From the NCBI GenBank assembly GCA_044344255.1, contig JBIJDH010000009.1, forward strand, positions 160,001 through 224,000: a stretch of DNA of 64,000 bases, given 5' to 3'. Under the pieces are notes generated by a model that saw only the letters and a list, made by a program, of their open reading frames with translations, was not told where the DNA came from and made no database searches. Made by a program: the position numbers and the translations under genes. Each line of letters opens with the position of its first letter. The first letter of the stretch is position 1. Of the stretch, positions 37,286 through 45,504 are shown piece by piece. Source of the DNA: Myxococcota bacterium (GTDB taxonomy: Bacteria; Myxococcota_A; UBA796; UBA2385).

Positions 37286-40200
37286 TCAAAATCCGCCCGT
37301 CAGGAGCTCTTCCGTGGACTTCTGGCCGATCACCGCGCCATTGTTGGCGGGGGCGGTGCCGGGCAGCATCGGGACCGACCGGCCGCCGGCCGCCGCTTCA
37401 CCCGTGGACTCATCGATCGAGACGAACTCGACCCCCGGGAGGGGAGGGAAGGTCCCCGCATGTCCCTTTGGCGCGGCGACCTCCATGTATTGCATCCAGA
37501 TGGGCAGGGCCGTGTCACCGCCGGTGAAGGAGATGCCGATGCTGCGCGGCTTGTCGTAGCCGACCCAAGCGGCCGCCACGATCTTCGCTGAATAGCCCAC
37601 GAACCAGGCGTCGAAGAAGTCGTTCGTGGTGCCGGTCTTTCCCGCCACCTCGATGCCGAGCCGGTTCGACTTCGCCGCGGTGCCCCCGGTGGCCACCTCG
37701 CGGAGCAGCCAGTGACCGATGCCCGCGACGGCAGGATCCATCACCTGGGGCCATCCGCCCACGGGGGGGGTCCACTCCTCGATGACCGTGTCGTCCCGGT
37801 CGCGGACGCGGTTGATCCAATGCGGCTCGACGAGGTGCCCGTAGGTCGCGAAGGCGCTGTAGGCCCGCGCGAGCTCCACCATGGTAAGCGAGCTCGATCC
37901 AAGGCCCATGCTCAGATCGCAGGTACGACAGAGCACCTGGCCGGCCTCATCCCGGCGAGGGTCGGTGCAGTGGTCCCCCTCGGGGAACTTCTCGATCGGC
38001 AGCCAGTCGCAGACGCGCAGGTTCACGTCGCAGGAGTGACACCAGGAGTTGCCGTCGAGGGTGGAGGGCTCGTCCAAGCACTGCAGATCACCCTGGTAGT
38101 TCGCCTTGTGGCCCTGTACGACCTGTTCTCCCTGCCCGGTGAGCACCAGCGGGCAGCTCGTGGGGTCACAGGACTCACACCAGCTCATCCCATCGACCGC
38201 CGACGGCGTGATGGAGCCCTTGCAAGTGAGCTCCGCCTCATCGGTCGCGACGTGCGTGCGCGAACAGGAGGGCTCGGGGTAACCGATCCGAAGGGAGGGG
38301 CCCGCAAGCTCAAAAACAGGATCAAGGCCGATCTTGTCAAGAACCCGAACCGTACAGACGTTACGAGACATCTGGAGTGCTCGGCGGAGCGTGATGTTGC
38401 CGAGGTACTCATCCCCGTAATTCGTCGGCTTCCAGAGCTTGTTCCCGATGGTCGCGAAGACGGTGGGGGCATCCTGAACGATCGTGCCGGCGGTGAACTG
38501 CCGAGTCCCGATCGCCGCGGCGTACACGACCGGCTTGAAGGTGGAGCCCACCTGCCGTTGGGACTGTGTCGCCCGGTTGAATTCCGATCCCGCGAAGTCC
38601 GTGCCGCCCACCATCGAGAGCACCGCCCCGTCGCCGAGGCGGATGGCCAGGAAGGCGCCTTGGAGCGCCGTCGGCTGATGGAGACGAACCGCCGCGAAGG
38701 GACCTTTGCCCGCCGCGGTGTACCCGCGCAGGTTGTCGACCTCGGTCGAGGACAGGGCCTCCACCTCGACCTGGACCCGGTCGCCCTTCCGCAGGGCGGC
38801 GGTGAGGTCGCCCAGGCTGCGGCCCTTGTAGGATCTGCTGGCGTCGGGCTTATAGGCCCAGGTGGTCCAAGAGAGCGGGATGAGCGCCCGGTGCGCCCCG
38901 ACGCCGACGACCGCGTGCTTGGGAGCCACCTCGAGCACCACGGCCTCGTAGACCCTCCCCACCTCGAGGGTGGAGCGCTCCGGCGTCGGGTCGTGGCCAC
39001 CCACGGACGGATCGGCGAGCCGCAGGTGACGGTGCGAGATCTCCTCCCGCAGCTGGCCCTCCTGCTGATCGAGCCAGGGCTGGATCTGAGCGTCGTCCAA
39101 GGTCTCCGTCGCGCCGCGCCAACCGACCTTCTGGTCGCTCGTCCGCACGCCGTCCGTGACGGCAGACTGCGCCACCCGCTGGAGCTCGAGATCACAGGTG
39201 GAGTCCACGACGAGGCCGTCGTTGTAGACCTTGTCGAAGCCGTAGGTGTCGACGAGGTAGCGGCGAATATGCTCGGTGAAGTAGGGCGCTGCGACCAGGA
39301 ACTCGTTCGTCTCGGGCACGATGTCGACCGGGGCGTCGAGCGCGGCCTTCTCCTGCTCGCGGGTGATGAAGCCCTTCTCCCGCATCTGCGTGAGGACGTA
39401 CTCCTGGCGGACCCGAGCCTTCTCCCAGTGGATGTGCGGAGAGTAGTCGCTCGGGCGCTGGGGCAGGCCAGCCAGGATGGCCGCCTCCCCGAGATCGAGG
39501 TCCGCGACGTGCTTGCCGAAGTAGGAGCGCGCGGCCGCCTCCACCCCGTAGGAGTGGGAGCCGAGGTAGATCTGGTTCAAGTAGAGGAAGAGGATGTGCT
39601 TCTTGTCGAAGGCCTCCTCGATGCGCCGGGAGAGGATCACCTCGCGGATCTTCCGCTCGTAGGACTTCTCGTTGGTGAGGAGAAAGTTCCTCGCGACCTG
39701 CATGGTGATGGTCGAGGCGCCCTGGGCCTTCTTGCCCTTCGACAGGTTGCGACCCACCGCACGGACGATGCCCTCGTAGTCCACACCCGAGTGTGTCCAG
39801 AATTTGGCGTCCTCCGATGCGATGAACGCGTCTTGCACCACCTTGGGGATCTCCTCGAGCGGCACGACGTAGCGCCGCTTCTCGTAGATCTCCCCCAGCA
39901 AGCGCCCCTGGTTGTCGTAGACGACGGTGACGGTGGGCGGTCGATATCGACCCAGCGCGTCCACCGTCGGCAGATCTCGACCGTAATACCAGAAGACCCC
40001 GGCCACCCCGCCGCCCGCGGCGAGGCCGCCCAGGAGGGCGAAGACGAAGAGGAAGACGAGGCCCCTCAAGAGCCAGGACTTCGATCTCCTCTGGGGTGGC
40101 GTCGTGGGAGCCGGCGCAGGTCGATCGGCCGCGGGGCGAGCGGGTATTCGCTGGGTGTCTTCCAGGGGGTGGGGCGCCGCGGCGCGCGACGAGACGGGAT

Positions 40201-40588
40201 CCGTCGGGGGCGGAGGCGTCGAGGGCGGAGCAGGGGAGGGCCGTGGTGCCGGCGGCGGGGTCGGCGCGGCGACGGGCGAGGGCGGCGGCCCGGTTGGCCA
40301 GACCCGCTCCGGCGCCACCCCATGCATCGTCGGGCCGTCTTCGTCCTCGGGGAGGCTGGGCACGGGGAGGCTGGGCTCCGCGCTGGGTCGGGGGTGCGCC
40401 GGCGCAGGCTCCGGATCACCGGCGAATCGAACCCCCTTCGCCCGCAGCCGACCCACGAGGTCGACCGGGTAGGTGATGGTCAGCATCCGGGCGCAGCGAT
40501 GGCAGTGGACCTCCGCGCCGGGCAGCGGGTAGGGCTGATCGAGGCGGCGCGGGGCTCCGCAATGGGGGCAGGTGATCTTGAGCGCCAT
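37286..40588 (-). CDS. mrcA: Penicillin-binding protein 1A with N-terminal zinc ribbon and Cys-rich insertion
   Basis: GT motifs EDAKF, GASTITMQ, RKIRE, YLNQIY. TP motifs STFK, SRN, KTGT. OB-like insert present. Confidence 0.92.
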   Translation of the reverse strand: MALKITCPHCGAPRRLDQPYPLPGAEVHCHRCARMLTITYPVDLVGRLRAKGVRFAGDPEPAPAHPRPSAEPSLPVPSLPEDEDGPTMHGVAPERVWPTGPPPSPVAAPTPPPAPRPSPAPPSTPPPPTDPVSSRAAAPHPLEDTQRIPARPAADRPAPAPTTPPQRRSKSWLLRGLVFLFVFALLGGLAAGGGVAGVFWYYGRDLPTVDALGRYRPPTVTVVYDNQGRLLGEIYEKRRYVVPLEEIPKVVQDAFIASEDAKFWTHSGVDYEGIVRAVGRNLSKGKKAQGASTITMQVARNFLLTNEKSYERKIREVILSRRIEEAFDKKHILFLYLNQIYLGSHSYGVEAAARSYFGKHVADLDLGEAAILAGLPQRPSDYSPHIHWEKARVRQEYVLTQMREKGFITREQEKAALDAPVDIVPETNEFLVAAPYFTEHIRRYLVDTYGFDKVYNDGLVVDSTCDLELQRVAQSAVTDGVRTSDQKVGWRGATETLDDAQIQPWLDQQEGQLREEISHRHLRLADPSVGGHDPTPERSTLEVGRVYEAVVLEVAPKHAVVGVGAHRALIPLSWTTWAYKPDASRSYKGRSLGDLTAALRKGDRVQVEVEALSSTEVDNLRGYTAAGKGPFAAVRLHQPTALQGAFLAIRLGDGAVLSMVGGTDFAGSEFNRATQSQRQVGSTFKPVVYAAAIGTRQFTAGTIVQDAPTVFATIGNKLWKPTNYGDEYLGNITLRRALQMSRNVCTVRVLDKIGLDPVFELAGPSLRIGYPEPSCSRTHVATDEAELTCKGSITPSAVDGMSWCESCDPTSCPLVLTGQGEQVVQGHKANYQGDLQCLDEPSTLDGNSWCHSCDVNLRVCDWLPIEKFPEGDHCTDPRRDEAGQVLCRTCDLSMGLGSSSLTMVELARAYSAFATYGHLVEPHWINRVRDRDDTVIEEWTPPVGGWPQVMDPAVAGIGHWLLREVATGGTAAKSNRLGIEVAGKTGTTNDFFDAWFVGYSAKIVAAAWVGYDKPRSIGISFTGGDTALPIWMQYMEVAAPKGHAGTFPPLPGVEFVSIDESTGEAAAGGRSVPMLPGTAPANNGAVIGQKSTEELLTGGF

Positions 40589-40792
40589 CCCGGTTTCCCG
40601 ATGAGGAGGGGCCGCCTTAAAGGGCGCAGTGCTCCACGTCAACGGCGCCGACGAGGTCCTCAGGGCCTCCCTCGTGTGCGGAGCGCCTCCCATCCGAGGG
40701 GACGCCGCCGGGCCGAGCGGTGTTCTGAGCCCGGAGGTCTGAGCACGATGGTCCGGGCCGCCCCAGCGGCGGCTCGCTCGACCCTCGCTCGA

Positions 40793-40822
40793 TTGACAGC
40801 CTCCGAGAGGTGCCCATATGTT
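40793..40822 (+). promoter_or_regulatory. Sigma70-like promoter for the S41 protease gene
   Basis: TTGACA-N18-TATGTT. Confidence 0.5.
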
Positions 40823-40930
40823 CGCTCAGAGGGTCTCCGCCGGTCCGGTCCGGCATGAGCGCTCGGCCGCCCATCGGCCCTCCCAAGCCCGAACCCCGAC
40901 ACCCGACCCCGGTCCTCCGGCGGAGATGGG

Positions 40931-43852
40931 ATGCCCCGAATGATGAAGCACCTCGTCCTCTTCGGTCTGGCGCTCCCCGCTAGCTACGTGGGCTACCACC
41001 TCTTCGTCGAGGGCATGGGCCGCGACGGGGGCGCCGAGGCCTCTACAGGCGCTGACGACGCCGGCATCAGCGACCTCGCGGTCGGCGTGAACTACGATCT
41101 CGCAAACTTGCAGCTCTTCGAGAAGAGCCTCTTCTACGTGGAGCAGCGCTACGTCGAGAAAGAGCGCCTCAACCCCGAGCTCATGTTCCAGTCGGCGCTC
41201 GACCGCGTGGAGCGTCAGATCCCCGAGGTGATGTTCGTCCGCGAGCCCATGGGCAAGCGCTTGCAGGTGTCGGTGGGCGCCTTCACCACGGTGCTGCTCG
41301 TTGAGCCCATCGACAACTTCGCCGAGCTCAACGCCGAGCTCCGCAAGGTCGCCGCCGTCCTCAAGGAGCATCTCTCCACGGAGATCAAGCGCGAAGACAT
41401 CGAGTACGCCTTCGTGAACGGCGCGCTCTCCACCCTCGACCCCCACAGCGTCCTGCTCCCGCCGGTCGCCGCCCATGAGATGGACGTCGACAATCAAGGC
41501 GAGTTCGGCGGGCTCGGCATCGAGATCACGGTCGCCAACGGTCGGTTGACGGTCAAGCAGCCGCTGGCTGACACCCCCGCAGCGAAGGCCGGGTTGAAGT
41601 CCGAAGACCAGATCGTCCGCATCGAAGACGAGTCCACCATCAACATGGACCTCAACGACGCCGTCAGCAAGCTGCGCGGCCCCATCGGATCCACCGTCAA
41701 CATCTGGGTGAAGCGCAAGACCTTCCCCTCGCCCCAGAAGTTCGCGATCAAGCGGGATCGTATCAAGGTCAACGCGGTGGAGGGCGTCCTCCTCGAGGGC
41801 GGCATCGGCTACGTCAAGATCAAGGCCTTCAACGACAACGTCTCGACCGACCTCGAAGGCTTTCTCACGCGCTTCCGAGCGGAGAACAAGGGCGAGCTCA
41901 AGGGCCTCGTCCTCGACCTCCGAGACGATCCGGGCGGCTACCTCAATCAGGCCGTCGAGGTGAGCGACCGCTTCCTCACCGACGGCGTCATCGTCACCAC
42001 GGTGGAGGGGGCCTCCAAGCACCGGGAAGAGCAGCGCGCCACCAAGCCTGGCACCGAGCCCGCCTACCCCATCGCCGTCCTCGTGAACGGGAACAGCGCA
42101 TCGGCCTCCGAGATCGTCGCTGGCGCTCTCCGAAATCAAGAGCGAGCCATCATCATCGGCGAGCGCACCTTCGGGAAGGGCTCCGTCCAGCATCTGTACC
42201 AGAACAATGACGAGAGCAAGCTGAAGCTCACGGTCGCGAAGTACCTGACCCCCGGCGACAACAGCATCCAATCGGTGGGGATCCCGCCGGACATCGCCCT
42301 CTTGCAGAGCGTGATCAAGCCGGTCGAGAAGGCGACGAAGAAGGCGGGCGTCGCCAGCAACGATGCCGATCCGAACCCGCTCATCTCTCTCTACTGGAGA
42401 GACTGGATCAGCCGCGAGGGCGACCTCGACCACCACCTCGAGAACAGCCCGGTCCAGTTCGCCCCGCCGGCCTGGTCGGTGCGCTACCTCCGCCCGATCC
42501 GCGACGAGGATCAGAAGCCCGACCCTCGCACCGATTGGGAGGTGAGCTTCGCCCGCGAGGTGCTCCGCGCGGCGCCCGGATCCCGGCGGGCCGACGTCGT
42601 CGCTGGGGCCGCGACCGTGGTGGCCTCGCACCAAAAGGCTGAGGCCGCGCGCCTCACCGCCGCCTTCAAGCAGGTCGGGATCGACTGGACGGCCGGCGTC
42701 AACCCCGCCGCTCCCACGCTGGAGGTCCACCTCGACCTCGGTCCCGACGGCGTCATCCGGGCCGGCCAGACCGAAGACGTCGCCCTCGTCGTCAGGAACA
42801 CCGGCACCGAGCCGATCTACCAGCTCTCTGCCACCTCCGAGAGCGACAACGCCTGGTTCGAGCACCGGGAGTTCTACTTCGGAAGGCTCAACCCCGGCGA
42901 GACCCGCCGCAGCCCGCTCCGCGTGGTGCTCCACGACGGTTACGGCGCCGAGGTCGCCCCGGTGAAGCTCACCTTCCGAGACCCAGACCACACCGACATC
43001 TTCAAGGCCACCGAGCTGCTGCGCACCGAGGCCGCAGAGCTGCCCCGCTTTGAGTACACCGTGACCTTGCACGACGACGGCAGCGGCTCGAGCAAGGGCA
43101 ACAAGAACGGAATCCCTGAGGTCGGCGAGACCATCGACCTGGAGATCGCCATCACCAACGCCGGCAAGGGCGCGAGCGGCGAAGGCTTCGCCCGCGTGAA
43201 GAACCGCAGCGGGCGTGCCCTTGACCTGAGCAACGGCGGCATCCAGCTCGGCGACCCCAAGGACAAGGACGGCAAGGCCTGCGAGCCCGACAGCGACGGC
43301 TGCGAGCGCCACCTCGCCGCAGGTCAGACCTACAAGGGCCGCGTCTCCTTCGAGCTCCGCGCTCCGCCCGAAGACGGCAAGTGGAAGCTCGATCTGCAGG
43401 TGGGTGACAACGCCCGCTACGACTACGCCAGCATCCAGCGGGGCGGCTTCTACGATTACTTCCAGCTCAACGAGACCCTGGAGATGTCGCCCGGCCAGCC
43501 GCTCGAGGGGCGGGTGCGCACGGCGCCCGCGATCCAGGTGAGCCGACGACCGGAGACGAGCGTAGGCGCCCCAGGTGTGGTGATCAGCGGCGCGATCACC
43601 GACGACGCGGGGATCCGCGACGTCATGGTCTTCCACGGCGAAGAGAAGATCTTCTACCGAGGCGGGGAGGTCGGCCTGACCACCCTCCCGTTCACGGTGG
43701 AGCCCACCCTCGCCCCAGGGACGAACCTCATCTACCTGCTGGCTCGAGACTTTCAGGGCTTGACCGCCAGCTACGCGATCCAATCCTGGTACGAGGCCCC
43801 CGGCACCATCGCCGACGTCACGCCTCCCGGTAAGGTCAAGGACGTCCAGTGA
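40931..43852 (+). CDS. S41 carboxyl-terminal processing protease with PDZ and C-terminal Ig-like domains (MXAN_5808-like)
   Basis: LDPHS, GGLGI PDZ, DLRDDPGG, SASASE, FGKGSVQ, ~450-aa beta-rich extension. Confidence 0.9.
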   Translation: MPRMMKHLVLFGLALPASYVGYHLFVEGMGRDGGAEASTGADDAGISDLAVGVNYDLANLQLFEKSLFYVEQRYVEKERLNPELMFQSALDRVERQIPEVMFVREPMGKRLQVSVGAFTTVLLVEPIDNFAELNAELRKVAAVLKEHLSTEIKREDIEYAFVNGALSTLDPHSVLLPPVAAHEMDVDNQGEFGGLGIEITVANGRLTVKQPLADTPAAKAGLKSEDQIVRIEDESTINMDLNDAVSKLRGPIGSTVNIWVKRKTFPSPQKFAIKRDRIKVNAVEGVLLEGGIGYVKIKAFNDNVSTDLEGFLTRFRAENKGELKGLVLDLRDDPGGYLNQAVEVSDRFLTDGVIVTTVEGASKHREEQRATKPGTEPAYPIAVLVNGNSASASEIVAGALRNQERAIIIGERTFGKGSVQHLYQNNDESKLKLTVAKYLTPGDNSIQSVGIPPDIALLQSVIKPVEKATKKAGVASNDADPNPLISLYWRDWISREGDLDHHLENSPVQFAPPAWSVRYLRPIRDEDQKPDPRTDWEVSFAREVLRAAPGSRRADVVAGAATVVASHQKAEAARLTAAFKQVGIDWTAGVNPAAPTLEVHLDLGPDGVIRAGQTEDVALVVRNTGTEPIYQLSATSESDNAWFEHREFYFGRLNPGETRRSPLRVVLHDGYGAEVAPVKLTFRDPDHTDIFKATELLRTEAAELPRFEYTVTLHDDGSGSSKGNKNGIPEVGETIDLEIAITNAGKGASGEGFARVKNRSGRALDLSNGGIQLGDPKDKDGKACEPDSDGCERHLAAGQTYKGRVSFELRAPPEDGKWKLDLQVGDNARYDYASIQRGGFYDYFQLNETLEMSPGQPLEGRVRTAPAIQVSRRPETSVGAPGVVISGAITDDAGIRDVMVFHGEEKIFYRGGEVGLTTLPFTVEPTLAPGTNLIYLLARDFQGLTASYAIQSWYEAPGTIADVTPPGKVKDVQ

Positions 43853-43912
43853 GCGCGCCGGGCCTCACCGCTCGGCGGACCGCGGCCCTCCGTCGGGGGC
43901 AGGCCCAGGCGC

Positions 43913-44920
43913 TCAGGAGGCGGCGAGCAGCCCGCTGACCTCTCGCCGTAAGCGGTCGAGATCCGCGTCGAGGCTCCCTCTCCACCGCCCGCTCGCCACC
44001 CGGCACTGCTGCCGGCGGAAGGCGAGGGTCGTGGCCGCGCGGATGTAAGCGGCCTGGTCGATCCCCGGCGGCGCGAAGCGGCTCAGGTTGCGGAGCCGGT
44101 AGCTGGCGATGCTGGTGACGTGCTCCAACGGCAGCGTGCCGCGATCCTCCGCCTCCTGACGGAGCTCCCCCTCGATCGTGCGGCGGTCGTTCCAGGTACA
44201 CAGCTGGAAGAGGCCCATCATCCCGAGGAAGATGAAGGGGAAGAGGATGAAGTCGACCAAGGTGAGGCTCACCGGCGACTTCACCATCGCGTCCACGGTG
44301 AGGAGCCCATTCCACAGCGCGTGAATGCCCATCCCCACCCCCATCCCCACGAGGAGGGCCCCGGCTTGGGACAGCCAGCCCCGGTAGCGCACGAAGCCAA
44401 AACAAGCGCCGACGAAGGATGTCGTGGTGGCGTGCATGACCGCGCTGTAGGCGGTGCGGGCGGCCACGGTGCCGAGCCAAGCGAGGGTGCCGCCGACCGG
44501 ATCGAAGCTCGCCGTGATCGCGGCGGTCGAGAAGTAGAGGAAATTCTCCGTCATCCCGAAGCCGAAGCCGGCGGCGGCGCCGTAGACGAAGCCATCGGTG
44601 GTGTTGTCGAACTGGCGAGAGCGCGTGACCAGCAGGAGGACGAGGGCCTTGGCGGGCTCCTCGACCAGCGGTGCGACCGCGACCGGGGTGACCGTCGCCG
44701 CGGCTTCGTCGCCGAGGATCCAGGCGAGGAGCAGGTGAAGCGCGGTGTTGCCAGCCAGCGAGAAGAAGGTGGCGACGAGGCCTCCCCAGAAGAAGGTCAG
44801 CGCCACCATCCAGATGGGCTCTCGCTCATAGCGGTCCAACCACCAGACGAGGGCGAGGAACCCCACCATGGGCACCACGGCGGCGAAGACCGAGGCGATG
44901 AGCAGCACCGTGTAGAGCAT
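43913..44920 (-). CDS. PrsW family intramembrane metalloprotease
   Basis: DRYEREP, EEPAK, GFGMTEN, MH, IHALWN. Confidence 0.9.
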   Translation of the reverse strand: MLYTVLLIASVFAAVVPMVGFLALVWWLDRYEREPIWMVALTFFWGGLVATFFSLAGNTALHLLLAWILGDEAAATVTPVAVAPLVEEPAKALVLLLVTRSRQFDNTTDGFVYGAAAGFGFGMTENFLYFSTAAITASFDPVGGTLAWLGTVAARTAYSAVMHATTTSFVGACFGFVRYRGWLSQAGALLVGMGVGMGIHALWNGLLTVDAMVKSPVSLTLVDFILFPFIFLGMMGLFQLCTWNDRRTIEGELRQEAEDRGTLPLEHVTSIASYRLRNLSRFAPPGIDQAAYIRAATTLAFRRQQCRVASGRWRGSLDADLDRLRREVSGLLAAS

Positions 44921-44979
44921 GGGGAGCCGATGGTTGGCGGTCGGGCCGGCTGGGTTAACGGTTCGGCTTGGAGGGTTCC

Positions 44980-45447
44980 ATGAGCATCGTAGACCGAATC
45001 AAGCGTCGTCTCCCCATCGTTGGCGCCGGTGGCGGCAACCCCAGCCCGCCGGCCCCCACCGCCGGTCGGCCCGCGCCCCTGCCCCGCTACGAAGAAGAGG
45101 AGGCCAGCTCCGCCCGCGGCGCCGCCCCCGTCTCCGAGTTCATCGCCTCCTTCGTCAAGGCGAACCCGGTGGTCCTCTTCATGAAGGGCTCCCCGGACGC
45201 CCCCCTCTGCGGCTTCTCGGCCAACGCCGCTGGGATCCTCCGCAGCTACGGCAAGCCGATCGCCTCTTACGACGTGATCTCCGACCCCGAGGTGCGGCAG
45301 GGCATCAAGGAATTCAGCAGCTGGCCCACCATCCCGCAGGTCTACATCGGCGGGGAGTTCTTGGGTGGTAGCGACATCCTGATGCAGATGCACCAGGCCG
45401 GTGAGCTCCGCGAGCTCATTGAGAAGGCGACCGCTCCCCAGGGCTGA
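44980..45447 (+). CDS. grxD: Monothiol glutaredoxin Grx4 family
   Basis: FMKG…CGFS, WPTIPQ, GGSD. Confidence 0.92.
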   Translation: MSIVDRIKRRLPIVGAGGGNPSPPAPTAGRPAPLPRYEEEEASSARGAAPVSEFIASFVKANPVVLFMKGSPDAPLCGFSANAAGILRSYGKPIASYDVISDPEVRQGIKEFSSWPTIPQVYIGGEFLGGSDILMQMHQAGELRELIEKATAPQG

Positions 45448-45504
45448 GGCCCAAAGCCGGAGGCATCCGGCCCGCGCCCGCCGAGCCGAGCCGCGCCACG
45501 CGGA

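Noticed and set aside
37919..38281. PBP insertion as an intein or multiheme cytochrome segment
   Set aside because: No intein C-terminal HN-[CST] junction, and the motifs are CxxCD rather than CxxCH.
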